This document shows, piece after piece, positions 37,350-49,428 of a DNA stretch of 64,000 nucleotides. This stretch comes from Octopus bimaculoides (Eukaryota), in assembly GCF_001194135.2 (NCBI RefSeq), contig NC_068993.1, positions 1,998,254-2,062,253 of the forward strand. The letters are read 5' to 3'. Made by a program: the position numbers and the translations under genes. How positions within the stretch are numbered: position 1 is the stretch's first letter; every line of letters begins with the position of its first letter. Under the pieces are notes generated by a model. The model made no database searches. It was not told the DNA's origin and was given only the letters and a program-made list of their open reading frames with translations.

Positions 37350-37989
37350 GTGTGTGTGTATGTATATATATATATATGTATGTATGTATATATATATCTA
37401 CGTATATATTTCTGTCTCTCTCTGCCTCTCTCTCTTTGTCTGTCTCCGCCTCTGACTTTCTCCCTCACTCTTTCTCTCACTTTACACACACACACACGCA
37501 CACACACACACATACACACACACACAAACGCATACATATTACTGATTTCTGTCCGCATTTTGGGCTGTTGACGTTATATATTATATATAGATCTTTTTGT
37601 AAAGAACGATCTAAATTATAGATGTTGCGATATCATATAATTCTTCCATCTGAAGTTGACAGCTGTCTTGTAATGTCCAACACTGATCGGTTCTGAAGAA
37701 ACGATGATGCCACCAGAAGCAATAACTCTAGTGTTTTGCATTACAGGTTCTAGAGGTTGATATTGGTGTTTTGCAATTCGTCGTTCTTTGTAGCAATATT
37801 TTCGAGGTAGAAAAGACAGTCACCATTTGTTCTCTGACTTGGATGTGTTGATCTCGTTGTATTTTAAGGTCCACCAATGCTCAGCTTAATTCCATCAATT
37901 TTCCTGTTCATTGACTGGTCTGGAATTAGAGTCTGTAGCCATGAGTTTGAAGAATTGTTGTGCGATAGCTGCGAAGCAGAACCACCACC

Positions 37990-38203
37990 CACCCATAAAA
38001 CTAAATGAAAAAAATCGGAAAAATAATCCAGAATCTTTGTCCAGTGCCCGATCGATCCCAAAATCTAACCAGTTCGTGCCAGGCACGAGGTCAAACATCT
38101 CTGAAACTTTCATCAGAATCCATCCAGCGGTTCTTGAGATATCTTGTCCACGGACAAACAGGCAAACAAACAAACCTCCGCATTAGCGATGGCGGAGGTA
38201 ATA
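37990..38203 (+). mobile_element. Non-autonomous Helentron/HINE-like element with 3' GC stem-loop
   Basis: aaaataatccagaatc..gatcgatcccaaaatctaaccagttc..gaaactttcatcagaatccatcc..tgagatatcttg..acaaacaggcaaacaaacaa, then the hairpin acctccgc(10 nt)gcggaggt and aataaa; this architecture (short internal microsatellite plus terminal hairpin) is typical of HINE/DINE-type elements. Confidence 0.6.
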
Positions 38204-40172
38204 AATCTATTTAAGAAAGGCTGGCGAGAGAGACCAAGCATCTTAAAATTTACTAAAAATACTTTGTGACCATATAAATAGATTGAATTTGAAACCGTCG
38301 TCTATGAGCCACTTGCTCAACGTATTAAGTACATAGTTATTGCACATTTCTCATAAGCTAACATTAACTGAGCGGAATTTTAAGCTGGCCAAGTTCAAAC
38401 AGCTGCTTTACATTTCAGGGCCATAATCTCCTTAGGTTACCGGCACAAATACCTTATTTGCAAAGAAAATATTATAGATATGGCAAACTGAAAACCAAAA
38501 GAAAAAAACATAGCTGGCAAGTTTGGAACAAAAACCCTAAGATTATTGAAAAATCGGTCTAGAAGTATCACTTCTCATTTTGTAAGCAATATATCTATTG
38601 CTGTGCACGCTAGATTAAGCCTAAATCTGCCACCTTTTCCTGAGGTCGTCGACAAAAAATTGATTTATGGCAGTTTTTCATCAGGAAAACAAAAGGCGAA
38701 TAAATACGAGGTGTTTTACTTATCAGAACTTCGTGTGAATAAATGAAAATAGCATCAACAGTAACGCCACTATCAATAACAACAACAACAACAACATGCG
38801 TGTCAGCAGATGCAACAACAATAACAGTAGCTGCTTCTAATAACAACTTTCTCATTATCATCTTCATTTTCCCCTTCTTTCTCATGGTTTTTATCATTCT
38901 CATTACGAAGAATAACACTTTTAATGTGAAACCGTTAAGCACGGAACCCTACAGTTTCCATCGCATGGTTATAATGTAAATACTATATCGCGAAACTCCA
39001 CACATTCCCTAATTTATTTTCATTGGAGAGGAAACGTGTTGAAACGAATCCGACGTTGTTGTAGTGACCATCAACAACTTCATCATTAGTTTGCAAGTCC
39101 ATTTTCTTTATTAGCTGGTAGTAGTTTCTATTTATTTCAGCATAAATTATAAATTATAACATAATAAAAACCGATATCCGGATACTAGTTCTCTGTACAA
39201 GAAATAAATATATATTAATATTTATAAAACGATTTCATTATTACTAATAGGATATAAATATGTTGTTTCTATTTGTTTCTTAATATCCATGACCAGATAC
39301 ATTAACTACATCATAATCTTTTATGAATGTATTTTATAATCTGGAGTTCATTTAAAAGATTCCTATACAACCGGGCGTTCTCTATAATAGTTGTCTATTT
39401 ACTTCTGACATCTCTTGTCAACCACAAGCGACTGATACGTTGCTAGTTTAAGTAGGATTAAACATGGGATAATCTCGTTATCAAACGCTTCCAAACGTTT
39501 TACTGTCTTTACCGTCTTGGCGCCGTAAATTCATCTTTGTTTATAATATTTCTTTAAGGTGGATTTGCTCTGGTTTAGAATAATAGTTTTCATAAAGCAT
39601 TGAATGTAAATGGTGTATTTTATCTCGTCATCGTCGTCGTCGTCGGCTATGTGTCGTAGTTCGACATTGACTGTTCGGACAATATGATAGAAGCTTCATA
39701 AACGCTTCTCAGCTGAGCCACAAGTCTTCGTGGCAGTCAGAAAAGTTAGTACAAGTAAATGCGCTGCCGAGATAGGTAAAGGCTTCAGTGTACTTTGAGG
39801 GTTCTTCGTATACTATAACTAGCTCAGGGAATAAATACTACATTCACCATTTGTTGGTATTTTGCAATACCAATTTAATGGTCACCTTCATGAAGAATAT
39901 AAATCCTTTCAAAGTCGATTTTCCTTTCAGCTACACAAAGAGGTGTTAATTTCAACATTGCACAATCATAAATTGTACAGTACCGACTACTGTAACGAGA
40001 TATTTCTGTTTAAAACGTTGCGCATATTTATAGTTATTTGGGAACATTACGAACTGAAAATTTACTAAAATATATGGAGTCTATGATACGCTATCACAAT
40101 CTCTGTTTCGGTTCGGAAAGAAAAGCACTTAAGACACTGCGCATTAGGATAAGTGTCAGAGCCTTGGAAGTA

Positions 40173-40294
40173 CTTTGGGAAGCGAAATTCTCTCCTACAC
40201 AACCTTTGGGAAGCGAAATTCTCTCCTACACAACCTTTGGGACGCGAAATTCTCTCCTACACAACCTTTGGGAAGCGAAATTCTCTCCTACACA
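40173..40294. repeat. 31-bp tandem repeat, about 3.9 copies (CTTTGGGAAGCGAAATTCTCTCCTACACAAC)
   Basis: Units start at 40173, 40204, 40235 and 40266; one substitution (gacgcg in the third copy); no spacers. Confidence 0.95.
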
Positions 40295-40931
40295 CTCATG
40301 TATGAAGCATATTTTTCGAGAACCCTATTAATAATTAAAACCAAATGACTTTCCAAGCATCTTAAAACACTGACAAGAAAACTTCCTCAGACAACAATTG
40401 GTTTATCACATATTTCTCTTTGTCTTTGAATAATAGATATTCGTCATCGTTATTGCTAGAAGGACTGTAGATATACACAGTTATTGCTTTACAAAATTAT
40501 GTTATAAACCCATGCAATTAACATAACTATTGAAATATTGTTTCTTAAGTATCATCTTCAGCTATTTAGTGAAAATAGTAACACTGTAAAACTCTGCCTG
40601 TCACGTTAGATTTAATTAGGAGTTAACTACTATGAATATATACTTCCATCTTATAGTTTGTCACAAATATGTTCTCTCTATAATTGTATTTAAAACGAAA
40701 GTAAAGAGAAAAATAATTATTATTACTTAGAAATACTCAATAGAAAATACAAGTTGATGACACCAAAACAATAGATTATTGCTAAAACTGAAACGATGCT
40801 GAGACGGTTATTACGATTGTTATATTGTTTTTATATTCTTGCTACATTTTATCATTTATTTTTTATTTATCTCACTCTGTTACTTGGTGATCTTATCATT
40901 ATTTCTTATTTATATTTTGTATATCATTCAC

Positions 40932-41037
40932 TCAATTGCAGATGCGGCACAGCAGGGAGATTTGCTCATTCCTAAGGTTGACCCGCGAGTTCGTGGCCAG
41001 GGCTTGGTCCTGCGCTACCAGTATAGTGCACCCGGTC
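40932..41037 (-). mobile_element. R4/Dong-type LINE fragment (AQDQ motif to CxxC)
   Basis: ETGCTILVAQDQALATNSRVNLRNEQISLLCRICN* matches the RLE-LINE consensus ETExxIxAAQDQxLxTxxY....CRxC. Confidence 0.78.
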
Positions 41038-41038
41038 T

Positions 41039-41206
41039 CTTCTTCTTCTTCTTCTTCTTCTTCTTCTTCTTCTTCTTCTTCTTCTTCTTCTTCTTCTTCT
41101 TCTTCTTCTTCTTCTTCTTCTTCTTCTTCTTCTTCTTCTTCTTCTTCTTCTTCTTCTTCTTCTTCTTCTTCTTCTTCTTCTTCTTCTTCTTCTTCTTCTT
41201 CTTCTT
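41039..41206. repeat. Perfect (CTT/GAA)n microsatellite, about 56 units
   Basis: Seen directly. Confidence 0.97.
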
Positions 41207-41250
41207 TGTTAGGTAGTATGATTTCTTGTTTGTATTTGTCTTGTTTGTAT

Positions 41251-41472
41251 TTGATGGGTAAATACTTTATCAACATCGGCATTATTAGCTTTCTTTGGGT
41301 ATTTGCTATTGAGAGGGATTTCCTTTCATTTATCAGCAAGAATATCTAAGGCAGCAGTTTTAGCAGGGGTTGTCATACGCTTAGCTTTTTCTGTGCTTGT
41401 TTCTAGTACGTCTAATTCTGGAATTTGTTGTATTTGGAATTCACTTAGATATTCCTTTGCCTGTTTTGTACT

Positions 41473-41473
<1 letters not shown>
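41251..41473 (-). mobile_element. R4/Dong-type LINE fragment (region between RT and zinc knuckle)
   Basis: KQAKEYLSEFQIQQIPELDVLETSTEKAKRMTTPAKTAALDILADK*KEIPLNSKYPKKANNADVDKVFTHQ matches the W..KPLxGKY..R....VD....xQW segment that precedes the AQDQ motif; begins immediately after a (TAA)n array. Confidence 0.75.
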
Positions 41474-41651
<178 letters not shown>

Positions 41652-43544
41652 TTCGACGGGATATTATAAGATCATTCAAAAAGAAACTACTTAAGTAGGG
41701 AAAATATATCTGAAAGTAACTTCAAATAGAAATAAAGCTTGTGAAATGTCAATTAACTGTAGAAATGTAAAACCAGAAATTGTCATAACATCGTTTACAG
41801 TTTGTTTGATAAGAGTCAAGGGAAATATTTATCTTTAGCGTAATTTACATCTATTGTCTATAAATGATATTACAGAGGAGTGTCATCTGAACTATTTGTC
41901 TAACAACTTTAAGATATTTAAGATATTTAATCGTAATTACACTTGTGCTACAAGCTTTTAGCTTTTATCATAATTCTTTATTTCTTCTTTTTATCTATTC
42001 TCTTTATCTCTCCGGTAGCTTCCTGTTCACACCCTCTTCGGGTTTACATCATTAAGTGTATGACTAAGCGATTGATCGAGAATAAGAACGTGTGGATAAA
42101 ATTATGTAACAATGGTCAGGTAATTCTGGAAAGTCTACAATTCTGCAAATTACAAGAACGTAGAACGGAAAGCGTCAACGTTACATGAGTACAAAAGACA
42201 TAAGTTCACAATTAGATCTAAGTTTTCTTGGAAGCATATCCTTTTATCCTTTCAGCTGTTTCAGTTGTGGGACTGCGCCTATGCTGGAGCACCGCCTTCA
42301 TTTATTTTAATCTTAATTTATTATCGCCTCATGACTGGAAGTCGGTCTATGATTGAGATTGTTGCAGTTGATCTGATGATCCGGGATTATCATTAAGAGA
42401 TTATAAGATTTCTAACTTACTTTGGTAAACTTGTATGTAATATAGATTCTTAACTATTGAAAATACAATATTATTCAAAATACGTTTCTCCATGAAGATA
42501 TTTACTCTTAGTAAGATCGATTAAATAAATTACTCACAATCAGTCATATCACAATCAGTCATATCACACGACTAATTATTCCATAGCCAGATGGTATTTG
42601 ATTGTAAACCACAAAGAAATGTTAAGTTGATACACATCCAATTATTTATTGTTTGACTCCAGATTAATTTCGATATATCAAAACCGATGTTCGTGTGCTT
42701 ACGAACTTGACGTTAAGCAAAATAGAGTTTCGAATGTTTTTAAAGCTTTATCTCTGATTCTGTCAGCTTAACTTCGATGAATGACGGTCTAAGTTTCGAT
42801 TCAAATGATACATATAAATTCCACTTTTTCTATTGAGTGCTTCCCTGTTTTCTAGCCGTTTGTCTTTGTCTTTATTACATACATATTTGTTTTCATGATA
42901 AAAACTTATCAGCTTCAGCGGTTAAACACCGCGGAAGTTGTATCAACAGCAAAAAAAACAAACAAAAAAAACACGAAAAGGTTATAAGATGGAAACAGGG
43001 TATATATACCATGGTAACGCTCAGATTACTTAACAAAATATTTGGCACGAACCCTCATATCTAGGAATGTAATACAGGTTTTAAGTATACAGATTTTAAA
43101 CTTGTAAATATCCTATCAGTAATGATTCCAAACAATGGATTTACGCAAAGAAGTAATGTACTCTACATTATACTTCAATCCCACTCCAAAATTATGTGTA
43201 TGTGAGTCACAACTCCACAAGACATCATTTCATTAATGCCTGCTATTTAAAGCGATTGCTTATCTTAAATGGTCAGTTCATTATAGGCTCCATATTAACT
43301 CTCGATCGTTCAACGATTTGCTCAGAACTGCTTCTTTTGTGTAGAAAGTGTCTTTAGAGTCAAGCATTATTTCAAATATATTCTACGCAGAGCTGTAGTC
43401 GGTTTCTTCACGATATTTATTTGGCAGTTCCCTCTGCAATGTCAGATAATTTGCATGAAGATTATGGAAAGCTCACTGCTTCTAAACGCCCCCGCCACAT
43501 TCTTTGGTTTATCTCTGTTTATATATTGTATGCATATTGATATG

Positions 43545-43592
<48 letters not shown>

Positions 43593-45030
43593 TATATATA
43601 TATATTAATATTTTTATATTTCCATATGTATGTCTAGGTATCTATATTTATGTATATATATTTGCATGTATATATATTATATATATTTACACACACATAT
43701 ATATATATATATATATAAATATATATAAAGATATATATANNNNNNNNNNNNNNNNNNNNNNNNNNNNNNNNNNNNNNNNNNNNNNNNNNNNNNNNNNNNN
43801 NNNNNNNNNNNNNNNNNNNNNNNNNNNNNNNNNNNNATATATAGCTAGTAAGTATATATTTCTACACACACAAACTCACATACATATATTGGATGTATAA
43901 TTATACAGAAGCGAGGGTATATACCATTTTGACCATGCATGCACTCGCACAAGATTGACAATTTTCCCCTGAAATCATGTTTGCCAAAGCCCCAATGAAC
44001 AAATAAAATTGCACATTAAAGAATCCTATATTGGTGGGTTCCGTGAACACACTGTTATGGAATTTGCATTCTGAGAATGCCTGGAAAACCAACGAAATTT
44101 GATTGTAAATTTCATTATGGATAATTGTTTATTGTGTATTTTCTCGGTCCTAATCTTTAGTGGAATAAGCGCGTGCAAACACAGGCCCCTAATTTATAGA
44201 AGCAAAGAAACAAATATATGGCGATTCGCATACCCTGTTTCGGGGGAAAAACACTTCGCTTTGCTCTAATACAGAAATCAAACTTGGGCTGCCAAAAACA
44301 TGTAATATCGAACAAGTAAATGTGATCTTTATTGGATGGGTTCACAAATATCAACGCTATGACACATAACCAAGATACGTAGCTCACTGGTTTCATATTT
44401 GTTGCAGTCGTGGATTTTACGGTACTGAAGTTTAAAAAGTGTGCACTCCGCTATGGATTTTAGCTATTTATCCACTAATATCCGCTCAAACAATATCATC
44501 GATTTGAGTGGCGCCTCAGCTTGGTGTTAATATCTAGCTGAACGTTGCTGTGAGAAATATTTGTATACACCAAAGAGACCGGATTCGAATATTTTTAGGT
44601 CATTGAGGTTTGAGCTGTGATAACCTGTTTACAGCCATATTAGTCGACCATTTTGTCTGTGATCTCAGCATCATAAGAGAAAATATACAGGCTATTGAAT
44701 ACATCTTCCAGCGAAACAAAACTCCATTAGCATTCAAAGCCTGATAAGGAATTAATTCAACCTGAATCACAATTAACCTAATATATAATGTATTATGATT
44801 TTCTATCAACAGACGCATAATGCAATACCGGAAAAATCAGTGCGAAAAAGATAAATGTTCATATATGTTGTTCATGTTTATGTATGCAGTACTGTTATGA
44901 TCGATGTCTAAGATTCCTGGATATGAAAGTATGCGCCAAAGTGTATTATCACTACATGACTATATCATTAAATATTCCACTGTATGATATGTGGTTATAC
45001 AATAAATATAACAAGGTGTATATACGTACG

Positions 45031-45069
<39 letters not shown>

Positions 45070-45676
45070 TATATATGTATTGATATGCATGCATGTGTAA
45101 ATCTACATACGTACACAGATAAATTGGTATATACATCATGTTCATATATAAATGTATGCCTGTATATGCATGGTTCTCACTGTATAACAAATAGCTACTC
45201 TTTATTGCATTTCCTTTCGCCACTGATCATAGCAATAGCATTTAGATTAACTAAATCCAATGGGACTGTATTCAACTGCAATGTGAGAGTGATTTGTCGA
45301 TGAACAATGATTGTCTGTTTCCTATAACTTGTGTCGTTAATGCCATTTGAAATAACTCAAACATCTCCAGTTGCCGTCTCTCTACCTGACAACCACATAC
45401 GTTTCATTTGAGAAATCGATACTAATGGCCGTTCTAACGTTGAAGTATTGGAGAAATAATTCCTATTAAGTTTTATTTAGGGCCTCCCTTATTATATTTC
45501 AGTTTCTCATTCATAAATCTGATCAGCCCCATTTCTGCAGTCTTTTCAAACGTCTTTCTACTCTATTCTCCAAGTGTTGTCAGACATCCAGTATTAAGTG
45601 TATTAGACGGCATTGTCTCTAAAATATAACCGTATCAGATTTATAAATATACAAAACAATTCAGAGAGTGGAAGAG

Positions 45677-45679
<3 letters not shown>

Positions 45680-45770
<91 letters not shown>

Positions 45771-45790
45771 CGAGAGAGAGAGAGAATGAT
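45680..45790. repeat. (GA)n polypurine tract
   Basis: Seen directly. Confidence 0.97.
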
Positions 45791-48277
45791 AGAGAGACAG
45801 ACAGACTGACAGGCAGCCAGGCGGAGAATGGCAAACGTGATAAACGATGAATGACAACCTTTCAGTTTCCTACATGATAATTAACCGCATTAATTAACCG
45901 CATTAAATCAGCATAAAAAATAAATTTGAATCTTGAATTCTTTGCCAAAACCGGCAACATACATCTAGATATCATACATTTTGAAAAGCTTTAAGATACA
46001 AAATAGTTTTTTATATTTTGAAAATAGCTTAGGTTTTTTACAATTTTACGGCAGTTTACCCGTGTCCCCTTTAAAAGATAATGCCAGTGGTGGATTGCAA
46101 CTTTTGAGACGCTTTCCCTTTCTTCGGTTCAAAAGTAAAATACTACTTTCTCAATATCAAAAACAGTATAAGCTTTTAGAATTAAGTAAGGACCAGATAC
46201 ATCTGAAGAGTTTCACATATTCCGTACATTTATCCTTCGTCTCAGTTCAAGAATTATTAAAATGTTTTATATTTCATCTATAAAATATAGTATACCCTGC
46301 AAAAGTCGGTAACAATCCATAATTATAAAATAATGTAAAAAGAAATAGTTCAATAGAGGATAGCGGGAAATGTGCCGACATAACTGCTATGGATATTTTC
46401 CTAATCCTTCTACATAACTAGTTGAAATCTCAATGGATTAACTTAATCCGTGATTTGTCTAGGACAGTATATAAGTAATGATGTAAATCAACTCAATCGG
46501 CTTTAAACATCAATGAGTACTTATTTTGTACAACTATTTAAACGAAACCGTTATATCTTTTTACATTATATCTTACTTACAGATTGTAGGTAATTTACCA
46601 TGCATATTTTTGTGCGTCATTGTGTATAGCATCACTTCCGTCAGAGACTAATTAGGGACGTCCGATCATAGATTTCAAACCGTTTGGGCGTTGGGTAGGG
46701 ATCAAGTGAATGGTTGGTGTCTGCGCTCGTTATTTTCTTTTCAACATATCGGTGCTACATCGTTTTTATATTCTTTAATTAATCTGTGTGTTTATAGTGC
46801 TTGGTTGATTATACTTAGGGTTATTATTATTTTAGGGTTAGGGTATTTTTAATTACGATCCACAGCGTTTGGACGATACGTCGAGCTGGTTACTATGTTT
46901 TAATGTTTCATAGTTTTGTTGTATAGTTCGTAGGGTTTGCTTTCATATTTCCCCGTTTTCCATATTTTTTACTTTCAGTGCTTCGTAGCCATAACTATGT
47001 AATTATTCATGTTTAAAATTTGTATTTGAATTTGTGACATTAATCAGGTATAGATGTAATATTTCACCCTTGCTCATGTGTATTCATTCAAGGCAGCGTT
47101 CACACCACCGGATTGAATGCTGCTACTGAAGTGACAAAACAGATATGATATACGTTTCACAGCACATGATGGAGATATACGTCTAATGTCCTCTGTGGCT
47201 GCTAGCGTTTTCCAGCTTCTGTTCTCGTCCTTTCAAATTGAATTTCTATAAAATTCTTGCTTTCTTAGTTTTAAACTTATTAACGATTCTCGGTTCTCTG
47301 GTTCGCAGTGGAACTTCTGGATATACTGATGCGTGCGAATGTCTTTCATAGAGATTCTAATTATGCAAAGAGCAATATATATATATATATANNNNNNNNN
47401 NNNNNNNNNNNNNNNNNNNNNNNNNNNNNNNNNNNNNNNNNNNNNNNNNNNNNNNNNNNNNNNNNNNNNNNNNNNNNNNNNNNNNNNNNNNNNNNNNNNN
47501 NNNNNNNNNNNNNNNNNNNNNNNNNNNNNNNNNNNNNNNNNNNNNNNNNNNNNNNNNNNNNNNNNNNNNNNNNNNNNNNNNTATATATATATATATATAT
47601 TTATATCTATATATATATATGTATATAATGAGAAGGTTCCATAAAAACAATTCCACGTGGAAATGTGTACAGTGTGTACTTTTGTGTACAGAAAAGACAC
47701 TATACACAAACATTTACAAAGGTAGGTGAAATTCTTTGAAATAATTTTTTTTTTCTGTGCAATTAACTTTAAAAAAATCTTCCTTTATACATATAAACAA
47801 AAAATAACGTCTTGTCTTCTTCGATGTTTCATCTTATGATGGAGCTCTTCCACGCTGTCAGTTAAACTGTTAACCAGAAAGGATATACTTTAGCTTGTTC
47901 TATACTATAATATGCCTGCGCTACAGATAATCTATCGATAATTCACAGCTTTATTAGCAGTTATAATCCTACTTGATTTATGTTTGAAATTCCCTCTGTA
48001 TTTCCTTCTCGGATGCTGGTGAAGAATCAGGTCATCGATTACGTTTTATTTTCGTTTCACAAGAAAATGATGTTGCGAGAGTATAGGAGAGAAGATGGGA
48101 GAGATTAGAGCAATGAATCTTATAATAATTCATCTGAAAATGTTTGTTTATTCATATTTTTGAGCAGTTTTGGATTCTGCTTCCGTGTTAGTGAAGATTA
48201 GAAGATTGCGGGAAAAATAAACAAACAAATAAGTAAAAAACAGTTAAGTTTAACTTATTTAACCTTTGTTCAGTGCG

Positions 48278-48338
<61 letters not shown>

Positions 48339-48834
48339 CTCTCTCTGTGTGTCACACACACATGCTCACACATACATCTCTCTCTCTCTCTCTCTCCCTC
48401 TCTCTCTCTCTATCTATCTATCTACATATGTGTGTGTGTGTGTATTTATATCTATATCTATAAGTGCGCATATGTACTGTTTTATACATACAGTATGTAT
48501 ACTTGACAAAATAACAATCTGTTCATATGTGTGAAATATGCATACTTTCATCTGTATGCACCCCCACTATATATATTCATGTCTTGCACGATGCATAGGT
48601 ACCCATTTATAAATAACTGCATATATCTGGTAATAAAAACATACTCGTTGAAAAGGATTGCAGCCTAGCAGAAGTGGCTCGCTTTCGGTAAGCATTGGGA
48701 CTTATCGTTTTTACGAATCTTAATTAGAAGAGAGATCCAGGTTACGGAGGTGCATTGTTGTGGCGACAAGGCATATATATCTCTGCGATAGTGTGTACTT
48801 TACGAGATTGCTGAGAAATGGTTATGGAAAGGAA

Positions 48835-49065
48835 CATCTAATATAGTGTAAGATCAATTAAAAAATTAGTGATGAATTCTTGGATAAGTGGATACAGCTT
48901 TATATTTAAAGAAACATGAGTGAAGTAATAGAGTAAGAATGGAGAGTTGATGTGTGATGAATGAAGAATATTTAATAGAGAGGCTGATATAAGCGCTGGT
49001 GCGGGTGAGCTTTGGTACAGTAATAGGTTTATAATAGATACCAATTTGGATTGTTTTCCTTTCTC
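48835..49065 (-). mobile_element. Possible decayed CR1-like LINE RT fragment
   Basis: YYKPITVPKL resembles NYRPISLL and KLYPLIQEFITNFLIDLT resembles KL...LI.SFLSDR; weak. Confidence 0.28.
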
Positions 49066-49347
49066 TTGGCATCGTAGCAGATTAGATTTTATTTTCTGCT
49101 AGTGTTTTATTTCGGTTTTATTCTTCTAATTGTCGTTGTCGTTGTTGTTGTTAAGCTATAAATTATATTTTTGCTCTTTTAGTTATTGATTGTTTCGTCT
49201 TAGTGATATTTTCGTTCCTATGACTACGGAGAGACTGTTAATCTAAACACGGACACATATGTGTGTGTGTGTGTGTATGCGTCCGTGTATGTGTATAAGT
49301 GATCGTTATGTTTGTCAGGTCAACGACTGCAGTAAGCAGATTGTTAC

Positions 49348-49428
49348 AGGCGGCGTCAGGGCTGCATAGTTAACAAGTTCGTTGTACAGGCATGGGGTTT
49401 CGTGTTCTACCCCATTGCGCTACCTTCG
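49348..49428 (+). mobile_element. SINE head remnant
   Basis: ggcggcgtcagggctgcatagttaacaagttcg..catggggtttcgtgttctaccccattgcgctaccttcg; tRNA-like head with degenerate A/B boxes. Confidence 0.4.

Noticed and set aside
40173-40294. CRISPR array
   Set aside because: The 31-bp units are contiguous with no spacers, there are no cas genes, and the context is eukaryotic.
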